Shown: positions 40,110 through 49,903, counted from the stretch's first letter. The stretch: 64,000 nt of DNA from an uncultured Spirochaetales bacterium (GCA_964630905.1 CAZVWR010000002.1:23531-87530); one strand, 5' to 3'. Numbers and translations are program-made. Notes: generated by a model from the letters alone, not told the origin.

Positions 40110-41096
40110 ATGATTGATGCCAAAGTGCTGCAATTTATTTTAGCAAAGGGCGCCGGCGATGCTGCTTTAAAAAAGTTTCTTGAATATATCAATAAAAATG
40201 GGATCGAAAGTGTTTCAGAATTGTTGAAGACTCCCCAAGAAATCGTTTATAACTTAAATATTAAAGAAGATGTCGCCAGCAACATAATAAATACTGAAAA
40301 TGAGGCAATGATATTAAGCGATAATTTGAAAAAAGATGAAATTACTCTTCTGACAAACATAGACAAAGATTATCCATCAAAAAAATTGAAGGTTTTAGAA
40401 AAAGATGCCTCCCCAGTTTTATTCGTGAAAGGAAATAAAGATTTATTGTCAATGAAGTCAATTGGTTTTTGTGGTTCCAGAAAAGCTTCAGAAAAAGGAA
40501 TAGATATAACACAAAACTGTAGCAAGCAGTTGGTGGAAAAAGATTATTGCATCATAAGTGGATATGCTCATGGAGTTGATATGGCTGCACACATATCGGC
40601 ACTTAAAAATGGAGGAAAAACTATCTTTGTATTAGTGGATGGTATTTTAAGATTTACTGAAAAAAAAGAAATTAAGGAGTATTTATCTAGTTCAAACCAT
40701 TTAATAGTTTCACAATTTCCTCCGAACATAACATGGATCGGGCACAATGCGATGCGAAGAAATTTAACAATAATTGGATTGTCTGATGCGATGATTCTTG
40801 TTGAGTCAGGCATCACTGGCGGAACTTTTGCGGCAGGGGAAGAGACTTTAAAGGTGAAAAGACCATTATTTGTTATAGATTTTGCTAAGCCTGGTCCGTC
40901 TGCTGAAGCAAATCCTTATTTTATAAAAAAAGGTGGAATCTCTATAAGAGGAAAAAAAGGTGTTCCTAATTTAAGCGAATTAATCAAAATAACATCATCA
41001 GAGCCTTCTACTGTTGGAAAAGAAGAAAAAACATTCGGTGAACAACTATCTTTATTCCAATTTGGTGATATTAAAATTGAGGAGAGCGACGAATGA
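40110..41096 (+). CDS. shosA: DprA/Smf-like (SLOG Rossmann fold) protein, ShosA-like
   Basis: GFCGSRKASEKG...IISGYAHGVDMAAHISALKNGGKTIFVLVDGI...RRNLTIIGLSDAMILVESGITGGTFAAGEE matches the DprA Rossmann-domain pattern; 4 nt after the shosT-like stop. Confidence 0.55.
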   Translation: MIDAKVLQFILAKGAGDAALKKFLEYINKNGIESVSELLKTPQEIVYNLNIKEDVASNIINTENEAMILSDNLKKDEITLLTNIDKDYPSKKLKVLEKDASPVLFVKGNKDLLSMKSIGFCGSRKASEKGIDITQNCSKQLVEKDYCIISGYAHGVDMAAHISALKNGGKTIFVLVDGILRFTEKKEIKEYLSSSNHLIVSQFPPNITWIGHNAMRRNLTIIGLSDAMILVESGITGGTFAAGEETLKVKRPLFVIDFAKPGPSAEANPYFIKKGGISIRGKKGVPNLSELIKITSSEPSTVGKEEKTFGEQLSLFQFGDIKIEESDE

Positions 41097-41731
41097 CAGT
41101 TCCCGCTAATCCAAAGATTTATCACATAACTCATGTTGAAAACCTCGCTTCAATTATTTCTGACGGTTGTATCTGGTCTGATGCAAAAACTGTACATAAT
41201 CAAGGAGTTGTCAAAATTGGGATGTCAGAAATCAAGCGGAGAAGGTTGTATGAAAATCAACTCACAAGTCATCCCGGTCTTTATGTCGGGGAGTGTGTTC
41301 CGTTTTATTTCTGTCCGCGATCTATTATGCTCTTCCTGTTTTATATGAACAATCATAAAGATATAACATACAAAGGAGGACAGGAGCCAATCATTCATCT
41401 TGAAGCAGATTTAAAAAAAGTGGTAAATTGGGCTGAACAGAACAACAAAAGGTGGGCTTTCACTCTTTCCAATGCAGGAGCATCCTACTTTGAAGACAGA
41501 AAAAGTCTTGAGAATCTGGATGAACTTGACTGGAATGCCATTAATTCCACAAGCTGGCATGAATGCAGAGAAAAGAAGCAGGCAGAATTTCTCATTGAGG
41601 AAAAATTTCCATGGAGTCTTATTGATAGAATTGGAATATATTCTGAAAATTATTATAATAATGTAATCCGTTCTTTTAATGGAAACAGTCATCGTCCAGT
41701 GGTTGAGATTAAAAGAAGCTGGTATTATTGA
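41093..41731 (+). CDS. darT: DarT-like ssDNA ADP-ribosyltransferase toxin (DUF4433)
   Basis: IYHITHVENLASIISDGCIWS ... YVGECVPFYFCPRSIMLF matches the DUF4433/DarT signature; ATGA overlap with upstream stop. Confidence 0.7.
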   Translation: MTVPANPKIYHITHVENLASIISDGCIWSDAKTVHNQGVVKIGMSEIKRRRLYENQLTSHPGLYVGECVPFYFCPRSIMLFLFYMNNHKDITYKGGQEPIIHLEADLKKVVNWAEQNNKRWAFTLSNAGASYFEDRKSLENLDELDWNAINSTSWHECREKKQAEFLIEEKFPWSLIDRIGIYSENYYNNVIRSFNGNSHRPVVEIKRSWYY

Positions 41732-41739
41732 GAGGAACT

Positions 41740-42795
41740 ATGATGAAATTTACTCAGGGTGATATTTTCACCGCAAACACAGAAGCAATTGTCAATACAG
41801 TGAACTGTGTCGGAGTTATGGGAAGAGGAATCGCTCTTCAGTTTAAAAAAAGATTCCCTGAAAATTTCAAAGAATATGAATCTGCATGCAGTAGAGAAGA
41901 AGTTGTTCCGGGGAAAATGTTCGTTTATGAAACAGGAGCTCTTTTTAATCCGAGAATAATTATTAATTTCCCCACAAAACGACATTGGCGTGGCGAAAGT
42001 AAAATTGAAGACATAGAAAATGGATTGATTGATCTTGTCAGAATTATTCAAGAAAAGAACATTAAATCAATTGCATTGCCGCCTCTTGGATGTGGATTGG
42101 GTGGTTTGAACTGGTCTGATGTGAAAATGCTTATTCAAAAATATCTGATCGCATTAAATGATGTTGAAGTTCTTGTTTTTGAACCTATTGGAGCTCCGGC
42201 TGCCGAAGAAATGGTGAAAAACCGGAAAGTTCCGGAAATGACATCCGGCAGAGCTGCTTTAATTGAACTGGTTGCTCACTATTTAAATGGATTGCTTGAC
42301 CCCATCGTAACACTTCTTGAAGTTCATAAATTAATGTATTTTCTTCAGGCATCAGGAGAAAATCTGAGACTTAATTATACGAAAGGACCTTTCGGACCTT
42401 ATTCTAAAAATCTGAGCCATGTTCTGAATGCTATAGAAGGACATTTGATTTCAGGTTATGCGGATGGAGGCGATAAACCGGACAAACGACTTAAACTGGT
42501 TCCAGGTGCTTATGAAAGTGCATCCGAATTTCTTGAAACGCAGAAAAATACAATAAAAAATCTGGAACGGGTCGCTGATCTTGTGAAAGGATTTGAAACC
42601 CCGTTTGGAATGGAACTCTTATCCACTGTTCATTGGGTGGTAGTTAATGAAAAAGCTGAGTCAAAAGAAGATGTTGTTGCAAAAGTTCATGCATGGGGAG
42701 AAAGAAAAAAACAATTTACGCCGCGGCAGATTTTTATAGCTCTTGATGTCCTTTCAAAAAAGAAATGGGTGGATGTTTCTTCATGGGAAAGCTAA
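41740..42795 (+). CDS. darG: DarG-like macrodomain antitoxin
   Basis: N-terminal macrodomain (GDIFTANTEAIVNTVNCVGVMGRGIALQFKK ... IALPPLGCGLGGL) plus ~200-aa C-terminal domain; overlaps darT stop. Confidence 0.7.
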   Translation: MMKFTQGDIFTANTEAIVNTVNCVGVMGRGIALQFKKRFPENFKEYESACSREEVVPGKMFVYETGALFNPRIIINFPTKRHWRGESKIEDIENGLIDLVRIIQEKNIKSIALPPLGCGLGGLNWSDVKMLIQKYLIALNDVEVLVFEPIGAPAAEEMVKNRKVPEMTSGRAALIELVAHYLNGLLDPIVTLLEVHKLMYFLQASGENLRLNYTKGPFGPYSKNLSHVLNAIEGHLISGYADGGDKPDKRLKLVPGAYESASEFLETQKNTIKNLERVADLVKGFETPFGMELLSTVHWVVVNEKAESKEDVVAKVHAWGERKKQFTPRQIFIALDVLSKKKWVDVSSWES

Positions 42796-45700
42796 ATATA
42801 AAACCAACCGACACAACTGAAGCCGGACTTGAATCTCTCATTGTTAAATCACTGATTGAAGAATCGAAATATGTTGCAGGTGATCCTCGTGATTATGACA
42901 GAACACATGCTGTTGACCTTGTTAAACTGACTGATTTTATTAAATCTACTCAGCCGGAAATTGCCGATTCTCTTTCCCTTGATGCTGACTCTCCGACCCG
43001 GACCCAATTCCTTCACAGGCTTCAGGGTGAAATAGCAAAAAGGGGCGTGATTGATGTTTTGCGTAGAGGATTGAATCACGGACCCCACTCAATAACAGCA
43101 TTTTACGGAACTCCGACAGCAAACAATGAAAAAGCAAAAGAACTGTTTGAGAAGAATATTTTCAGTGTGACCCGTCAGCTCCGTTACAGCTCAAGTGAAA
43201 CACAACTTGCTCTCGATATGGGCGTTTTCATAAATGGATTGCCTGTGGCAACATTTGAGCTGAAAAACAAGCTGACAAAACAGACTGTTGAAGATGCAGT
43301 GCAGCAATATAAGAATGATCGTGACTCCAAAGAACTGCTTTTCCAGTTTGGTCGGTGTATGGTTCATTTTGCGCTAGATGATCATGAAGTTGAAATGTGT
43401 GCTCACTTAAAAGGAAAAGACTCATGGTTTCTGCCATTTAATAAAGGTTTTAATGATGGAGCAGGAAATCCGCCCAATCCGGATGGCCTGGCAACAGATT
43501 ATTTATGGAAAGAAATACTAACAAAGCCGAGACTGACAGATATTATTGAGAATTATGCTCAGATCGTTGAAGAAAAAGACCCGAAAACCGGAAAGAAAAA
43601 ATATAGGCAGATATTTCCACGGTATCATCAGTTAAAAGCAGTTCGAAAGCTGCTCTCAGACGCACAAATCAACGGAGCCGGGAAACGATATCTCATTCAA
43701 CATTCTGCCGGAAGCGGCAAGTCAAATTCAATCGCCTGGCTTGCTCATCAACTCGTCGGGCTTGAAAAAAACAAAAAACCTGTATTTGACTCCATAATTG
43801 TTGTAACAGATCGAAGGGTTCTTGATAAGCAGATCAAAGACACAATTAAATCATTTGCTCAGGTTTCCAACATCATAGGTCATGCAGAAAGATCCGGAGA
43901 CTTGAAACGGTTTATCAGTGAAGGCAAGCAGATAATAATCACAACAGTCCAGAAATTTCCTTTCATAATTAATGAGATCGGAGATGAGCACAGAAATAAT
44001 AAGTTTGCAATAATTATTGATGAAGCTCACTCAAGCCAGGGAGGAAAAGCTGCAACGAAAATGAATATTGCTTTAGCATCTACATCAGAAGTGAGGGAAA
44101 ACTGCGAAAAATATGATGATTTGCTGATGGTTGCTGAAAGAAGTCCTGAATATACTGGCGAGTGTGAAGATGTTGACTTGGAAGATCAAATCAATTTTAT
44201 TATGGAAAGCAGAAAGATGCTTAATAATGCAAGCTATTTTGCATTCACTGCAACTCCGAAAAACAAGACTCTTGAAATATTCGGAGAACCTTTTCCGCAA
44301 CCTGACGGCAAGATTAAACATAAGCCTTTTGACAGTTATACAATGAAGCAGGCAATACAGGAAGGATTTATAAGGGATGTGCTTAAAAATTACACTCCAG
44401 TGGAAAGTTATTATAAAATCACAAAAAAAATTGAGGACGACCCATATTTTGATTCTAAAAGAGCCCAGAAAAAACTCAGAAAGTTTGTAGAATCGAACAA
44501 ATATGCAATTAAAGAAAAAGCAGAGATAATAATTGATCATTTCCAGACTCAGGTGATTTCCCGTCGTAAAATCGGGGGTGAAGCCCGTGCAATTGTTGTA
44601 ACAAGCGGGATAATGCGTGCAATTGAATATTACTATGAAATAAGCGCCTACATAAAAGAAAAAAAACTGCAGTACAAAGCCATCGTTGCATTTTCAGGGG
44701 AACATGAATACGGTGGGGGAAAAGTCACGGAATCTACAATTAATGGATTTCCAAGTAATCAGATAGAAGATAAAATTATTGAGGATCCATACCGTATTCT
44801 GGTTGTTGCCGATAAATATCTTACTGGCTATGACGAACCATTGATGCACACAATGTATGTTGATAAGCCGCTTGAAGGAATTAAAGCTGTTCAGACACTT
44901 TCCCGGCTTAATAGAGCCCATCCTAAAAAACACGATACTTTCGTTCTGGATTTTTATAATGACACAGTAACCATTCAGAGTGCGTTCGCAGATTATTACA
45001 GAACAACCATATTGAGTGAAGAGACCGACCCCAATAAGCTTCACGATCTCAAATCTGACATTGATCTTTATCAAGTTTATTCATTTGAGCAGATTGATGA
45101 TCTTGTGGAAAAATATCTGTCAGGAGCTGAAAGAGATTCTATTGATCCTATCCTTGACACATGTGTTGCTGTTTATAATAGTGAACTTGATGAAAATGGA
45201 CAGGTTGATTTTAAAGGTAAGGCAAAGGCATTTGTAAGAACATACGGGTTTCTTTCTGCACTTCTTCCGTATAACAACGCTGAATGGGAAAAACTCTCGA
45301 TATTTCTTAATTTTCTAATACCCAAACTTCCTGCCCCGAAAGAAGAAGATCTTTCAAAAGGTATTTTGGAAACTATTGATCTTGAAAGTTACAGAGCTGA
45401 AATGAAAGCGACAATAAATATCTCTCTGCCTGATGAAGATGCTGAACTTGGAGCTGTGCCTACCACAGGAGGTGGTCGTAAACCCGAGCCGGAGCTTGAT
45501 CAACTCAGCAACATATTGAAAACTTTTAATGATCTTTTTGGGAATATCGAGTGGAAAGATGATGATAAGATCAGGAAAGTCATTGCTGAAGAAATTCCCG
45601 AAATGGTTGCCGCTGACACAGCATATCAGAATGCAATGAAAAATTCTGATAAACAGAACGCCAGAATAGAGCATGACAAGGCCCTCCAAAGAGTAATTCT

Positions 45701-45827
45701 AACGCTTATTGCCGATCACACGGAGCTTTATAAACAGTTCAGCGACAATCCATCTTTCAATAAATGGTTGGGAGACACAATATTTAACGCAACTTATTCA
45801 GAGAATGAAAATAATATAAACAGGTGA
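42783..45827 (+). CDS. hsdR: Type I restriction enzyme R subunit
   Basis: Walker A HSAGSGKSNS, DEAH box IIIDEAHSSQ, helicase motifs, HsdR N-terminal nuclease region; start overlaps darG stop. Confidence 0.9.
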   Translation: MGKLNIKPTDTTEAGLESLIVKSLIEESKYVAGDPRDYDRTHAVDLVKLTDFIKSTQPEIADSLSLDADSPTRTQFLHRLQGEIAKRGVIDVLRRGLNHGPHSITAFYGTPTANNEKAKELFEKNIFSVTRQLRYSSSETQLALDMGVFINGLPVATFELKNKLTKQTVEDAVQQYKNDRDSKELLFQFGRCMVHFALDDHEVEMCAHLKGKDSWFLPFNKGFNDGAGNPPNPDGLATDYLWKEILTKPRLTDIIENYAQIVEEKDPKTGKKKYRQIFPRYHQLKAVRKLLSDAQINGAGKRYLIQHSAGSGKSNSIAWLAHQLVGLEKNKKPVFDSIIVVTDRRVLDKQIKDTIKSFAQVSNIIGHAERSGDLKRFISEGKQIIITTVQKFPFIINEIGDEHRNNKFAIIIDEAHSSQGGKAATKMNIALASTSEVRENCEKYDDLLMVAERSPEYTGECEDVDLEDQINFIMESRKMLNNASYFAFTATPKNKTLEIFGEPFPQPDGKIKHKPFDSYTMKQAIQEGFIRDVLKNYTPVESYYKITKKIEDDPYFDSKRAQKKLRKFVESNKYAIKEKAEIIIDHFQTQVISRRKIGGEARAIVVTSGIMRAIEYYYEISAYIKEKKLQYKAIVAFSGEHEYGGGKVTESTINGFPSNQIEDKIIEDPYRILVVADKYLTGYDEPLMHTMYVDKPLEGIKAVQTLSRLNRAHPKKHDTFVLDFYNDTVTIQSAFADYYRTTILSEETDPNKLHDLKSDIDLYQVYSFEQIDDLVEKYLSGAERDSIDPILDTCVAVYNSELDENGQVDFKGKAKAFVRTYGFLSALLPYNNAEWEKLSIFLNFLIPKLPAPKEEDLSKGILETIDLESYRAEMKATINISLPDEDAELGAVPTTGGGRKPEPELDQLSNILKTFNDLFGNIEWKDDDKIRKVIAEEIPEMVAADTAYQNAMKNSDKQNARIEHDKALQRVILTLIADHTELYKQFSDNPSFNKWLGDTIFNATYSENENNINR

Positions 45828-45834
45828 TAGTACT

Positions 45835-46689
45835 TTGAAAACAGGACATAGATCTACACTTATAATTTTAATCATCGCAACCGTAGTTATCATTATAATA
45901 GGGTTTGGATATCCTTTTTTTACAAACGAAACCATGAACATGTCAAGTCTTTCAAGTTGGATTTCAGCTATAATATCCAGTACTGCTTTCATATGGCTTA
46001 TATTCGGTTATTTTTTGCAGATGAAATCTTTAAATATACAAAGTATAGAAGTCGAACGGATGGCAAAGTTTGCAGCTTTGCAACAGATTCAAAATGCATT
46101 TGGCTTATTAAATGAAAAGGTAAAAAATTCAGGATATAAAGACGTTCATACTTTATCTGTGGAATTTCCGATGACTATGGCATTCACCATTAAAAATGTT
46201 GTTGAAAATAAAACCGATGAAAAACTGAAAATGGAGTGGATGTCTAAATGGACAAATTTTAAAAGTCTGTGTGATGAATTTATTGGCACTTTCGCAATGA
46301 TGTTAAAGCTTTATGATGAAGCACCTGAAAAAGAGATGGTTCAAAAAAAGAAACTGACTACCATAGAGAGTTCAATGAAAACCCTGAACATTGATGCAAA
46401 AACAATAAAGGATTTTGAGTCCATCGTGGACTATAAAAATGCATGGTATATTAAGACGAATTTCAAAAGAGCCCAAGAAATTCCAGTATTAGCTTTTTAT
46501 TCAAAGGCGGCTGGGATGTTGGCCGAGAGTATGATTCGTTTTGAACCAGGCATTGATATAGTCGAACTTGAGATACTTGAGGACAGTGAAAAAACCATTC
46601 CTGGTTGTGTAAAGAGCGAATATTTAGAAAAATTAAGAAAAAAGGTTGGCGATAGGGAAAAAGAAAGAGAGTCCAAAAAGAAGGTCTAA
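45835..46689 (+). CDS. Hypothetical membrane protein (2 N-terminal TM helices + ~220-aa helical cytoplasmic domain)
   Basis: LIILIIATVVIIIIGF and ISSTAFIWLIFGYFL hydrophobic helices; TTG start 8 nt after hsdR. Confidence 0.45.
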   Translation: MKTGHRSTLIILIIATVVIIIIGFGYPFFTNETMNMSSLSSWISAIISSTAFIWLIFGYFLQMKSLNIQSIEVERMAKFAALQQIQNAFGLLNEKVKNSGYKDVHTLSVEFPMTMAFTIKNVVENKTDEKLKMEWMSKWTNFKSLCDEFIGTFAMMLKLYDEAPEKEMVQKKKLTTIESSMKTLNIDAKTIKDFESIVDYKNAWYIKTNFKRAQEIPVLAFYSKAAGMLAESMIRFEPGIDIVELEILEDSEKTIPGCVKSEYLEKLRKKVGDREKERESKKKV

Positions 46690-46697
46690 GTTTAAAT

Positions 46698-47414
46698 ATG
46701 GTCAAGAAAAAGTTAAACCATAGTGTTTTATTCAGTCAGTCAGGTATTAATTATTCAACGACGGTTGAAGCTGCATTAGCAAAAACCATAATTCATGCGC
46801 TCGAACAGTACAAAATAAAATGGTCTTTGGGAAACAAGGTGTTATATGCAATGTGTAAAAATCACCCTGGACATAAAACTGAAGAGGAAATTCTGGCAAA
46901 AATATGGCTTATCGGAAGATCTTACGCTGCTGCCCTTGAGAGAAGAAAGAACAAAGAAAAAGAGTCAAGTAACGACGATTTTTACAATAATGCGGCAGAT
47001 CAGATCCAACAATCTGAAATAGATAAATGGATTGAGGAGAGTCGAAACAACAATGACCCTCAGGTTCACATTAAAACACACAAAAAGGTAACAACTCTTT
47101 TTGAAACGATAACTGGGCTCGAAAAACGGTCTCTTGCATCAAAATACCTTCACTTCCACCTGCCGAAAAAGTTTTTCATATATGATTCCAGGGCTGCTGG
47201 GGCAATGCCGGCTCTTTTACGGGAACTCGGCATTAAAAAGGTCACTGTCACCCATAAGGGCGAGGAATACGATGAAAAATATGCAGCGTTTTACGAGAAA
47301 TGTTTTGTCGCCCAGAAAGCAATAAAAGAAAAGTTCAACATAAATTGCAGTTGCAGAGATCTTGATACTGTGTTGATACATTTTGATAAGATCAAGAAAA
47401 CATTAAATATTTAA
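46698..47414 (+). CDS. Hypothetical protein (238 aa)
   Basis: ORF 9 nt after the preceding gene; no motif recognised. Confidence 0.4.
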   Translation: MVKKKLNHSVLFSQSGINYSTTVEAALAKTIIHALEQYKIKWSLGNKVLYAMCKNHPGHKTEEEILAKIWLIGRSYAAALERRKNKEKESSNDDFYNNAADQIQQSEIDKWIEESRNNNDPQVHIKTHKKVTTLFETITGLEKRSLASKYLHFHLPKKFFIYDSRAAGAMPALLRELGIKKVTVTHKGEEYDEKYAAFYEKCFVAQKAIKEKFNINCSCRDLDTVLIHFDKIKKTLNI

Positions 47415-47425
47415 GGGTGGTAATT

Positions 47426-48355
47426 ATGAGTAATAAAATAAAAAATGTTAAAAAGGTTCTTTTCATAAAACTTGGTGAGAAAGGTAAGTTTGAGGAGGAC
47501 TGTATTGAGAAAAGCAACACACTGAAACTTGATTACACAGAAATAGATCATAATGCTTGCACTAACGGTAACTGGGATAAGGTTAGAGAACATTACTTAA
47601 TTAAAGGTAATAAGCCGCAAGTAGCGACAGGTCATGTAAACCAAATAAAGCGTTTTTATGAAGAAGATAAGAAAACTCTCTGGATAACCTTTTATTCAAA
47701 CAAGCTATGGTGGTGTTTTTCAACTCCGAAGATCACAAAACTTCATGACAGCACCAAAACCCGTCCAGTAATCGGTAAGTGGTCTGACAAAGACATAAAT
47801 GGGAAAAAACTTTCTTTCGATAAGCTAAGCGGGAAGTTGCTGAAAACCCAAGGGTTCAGAGGTACTATTTGTGAGGTTCCGGAAAAAGAATATGTTCTGG
47901 CTAAAATTAATAGTGAAAAAAACCAAGATGTTTTGGATGTTGAAAAAGCTGTTTCAGTCCTGCAATCAAAGTTGACCAAGTTAATTCAAACTCTTCATTG
48001 GAAAGATTTTGAAACCCTTGTTGATCTTATATTCAGACAAGCAGGATGGCAAAGAGTTAGTGAGGTAGGAAAAACACAGAAAACATTAGATCTTGATCTT
48101 TTTGCGCCGGTAACTGGTGAAAGAGCACTGGTGCAGATAAAAGCACAGTCAAAATTTTCTGAGTTTGAAGAGTATAAGAAGGACTTTGAAAACATGAGCA
48201 GTTTCAACAAATTCTTTTATGTTGTACACACTTCTGACGAAAAACTTAAAAGTTATAAAAATGTCGGGAATATAAATATATGGCTCATCGAAAAAGTGGC
48301 AGAGCTGACAATTTCTGCCGGGTTAGTAGACTGGGTTATAAAGAAAACTTCCTGA
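47426..48355 (+). CDS. Protein with C-terminal Mrr-cat type PD-(D/E)xK restriction-endonuclease domain
   Basis: WKDFETLVDLIFRQAGWQRV ... TLDLDLF ... ALVQIKAQS (D...QxK core) as in Mrr N-terminal catalytic domains; unknown ~180-aa N-domain. Confidence 0.5.
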   Translation: MSNKIKNVKKVLFIKLGEKGKFEEDCIEKSNTLKLDYTEIDHNACTNGNWDKVREHYLIKGNKPQVATGHVNQIKRFYEEDKKTLWITFYSNKLWWCFSTPKITKLHDSTKTRPVIGKWSDKDINGKKLSFDKLSGKLLKTQGFRGTICEVPEKEYVLAKINSEKNQDVLDVEKAVSVLQSKLTKLIQTLHWKDFETLVDLIFRQAGWQRVSEVGKTQKTLDLDLFAPVTGERALVQIKAQSKFSEFEEYKKDFENMSSFNKFFYVVHTSDEKLKSYKNVGNINIWLIEKVAELTISAGLVDWVIKKTS

Positions 48356-48505
48356 CCCCCGCCCTTTTCTTATGAATTCACCATAGCAAATTCCGCCATT
48401 TATTTTTGCTCCATTCCCTAATTAAGCTATAATCCTCCGATGTTTGCGCCGATTTGCACTCTTGCTTGCGGGCGCTTTATAAAAACTGCTAAAAGGAGGA
48501 ATCCA

Positions 48506-48979
48506 ATGAAATTTCATTCAAAGATCTTAGGTGCGTTAATTCAGAAACAGAGGTTTGAGCACAAACGCTTGACAAGGAAGGGACTCGCAAAAATGCTCGG
48601 CTACAGCAATCTAGGTCGCGGGATCTGGCAGATTGAGCAGATCGAGAACGGGATAATCGAAGAACCGCTTGTTTCAAGGATCTGCGAGCTTCTTGATATT
48701 TCAGAGCTTGACCGGAAACGGTGTGAACTTGAGGAGAAGAAACAACTCCTTGAATATAGGATGGCTCTGCCACCGTTCAAACCGCACATCTCCGTCCGGC
48801 TTGGAAGCTGTTTCGGAAAGAACTATGCAATTCCTGAAGAGATCCTGGGAGTTGACGGACACATCTCATACGCGATAGGATTTGCAAAAACCATGAAACA
48901 GGCAGTGCATCTATGGATAACCCGTGACTTGAGCTATGTTGTTGAACCGGATGGGAAATGCAAGGTTGAGGGGCATTAG
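48506..48979 (+). CDS. HTH (XRE-like) DNA-binding protein
   Basis: RLTRKGLAKMLGYSNLGRGIWQIEQIENG helix-turn-helix; strong SD aaaggagga before the ATG at 48506. Confidence 0.55.
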   Translation: MKFHSKILGALIQKQRFEHKRLTRKGLAKMLGYSNLGRGIWQIEQIENGIIEEPLVSRICELLDISELDRKRCELEEKKQLLEYRMALPPFKPHISVRLGSCFGKNYAIPEEILGVDGHISYAIGFAKTMKQAVHLWITRDLSYVVEPDGKCKVEGH

Positions 48980-49078
48980 CAAATTCCACCCCTCCCGATT
49001 TTCATCAATTCTTGTTGGGTATACCCCACATAAGACACAAAAAGCCCAATGATTTCAAGAAAGCGTTCCGCCAGATCT

Positions 49079-49186
49079 GGTTGTCTATTTCCCACAACAG
49101 CCAGGCCGTCAACCTCGGAAATGTTGTCTATATCCTACAAGAATAGTTCCTCTGCAGCATAATTGTTGTCTATATCCTACAAGAAT
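49079..49186 (+). repeat. Three 22-23 bp direct repeats (gttgtctat[a/t]tcc[t/c]acaa...) with 16-20 bp spacers, bracketed by an 11-bp direct repeat cctcccgattt (48991-49001 and 49207-49217)
   Basis: Read directly; iteron-like. Confidence 0.7.
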
Positions 49187-49318
49187 CCGGTTTTTGAGGG
49201 CAGTCGCCTCCCGATTTCCTTAAAACTTCAATTTATACCAATATACTTTAAGTACTATTTAAGAGGAATGATTTTAAAGATTTACAGAAAAGAAACAAGC
49301 CGTTTGAGACTTTTGTTT

Positions 49319-49903
49319 TTAACTTTTAAGCCACAATTCTACCTCAGAAAGCGTTTCCATGGTTCCGTCCTTGCCCGCTGCTGTTACAAGAGAACCGGTA
49401 CTTAAAGAATATACCGAGTACCCTCGGTTTTCTTTTAGTAAATAGAACCCTGCTTTTTTTAAGCGATCGTCCATTATTGCTTCCTCTTCGTCTAGGTCAA
49501 TCTGAAATGCTCTATATTCCTCTTCAAGAATATCTTTCTGTTGTTCTACATCAGACAGTGTTAAAGTTGCAGTTTTTGAAGAAGATTCCCAACCATATAA
49601 AGGACTGTCGTCGCTGTCGCAGATATAGTATAGCCCTTTTTTCTTGATCAAATCATAACCCATTGATTGCAAATTCCGTCGCAGCAATCTTTCTGTTTCT
49701 TCTATATCGTTTTCAATACTTTCGACTTCTTTTTCAAGATCGTCAAGGCTGAACATTGCACACTTTGATGTTGGATCCCATCCATATTCCGGAACCCCGC
49801 GATCATTCATAATAAAGAAATTACTTTTGATTTTTGAAACAGAGAATCCTCCTCCCGCAATTCTTTCATTGAGAGCACTAATTTTACTCATGATATCCTC
49901 CAA
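49319..49903 (-). CDS. Hypothetical protein with internal duplication (two ~80-aa homologous halves)
   Basis: GWDPTSKCAMFSLDDLEKEV... vs GWESSSKTATLTLSDVEQQK... Confidence 0.4.
   Translation of the reverse strand: MEDIMSKISALNERIAGGGFSVSKIKSNFFIMNDRGVPEYGWDPTSKCAMFSLDDLEKEVESIENDIEETERLLRRNLQSMGYDLIKKKGLYYICDSDDSPLYGWESSSKTATLTLSDVEQQKDILEEEYRAFQIDLDEEEAIMDDRLKKAGFYLLKENRGYSVYSLSTGSLVTAAGKDGTMETLSEVELWLKS

Noticed and set aside
39147-41096. Interpreting the PRTase + DprA-like pair as competence genes comFC/dprA
   Set aside because: Nested inside an R-M operon with 4-nt overlaps and next to darTG. The DprA-like protein appears to lack the C-terminal DNA-binding extension, so a ShosTA-type toxin/antitoxin is favoured. 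Left as a stated alternative.
49079-49186. Possible mini-CRISPR array (three direct repeats with spacers)
   Set aside because: Repeats are only ~22 bp and spacers 16-20 bp. There are only three units, the first is degenerate, and there are no cas genes; more consistent with iterons or binding sites.
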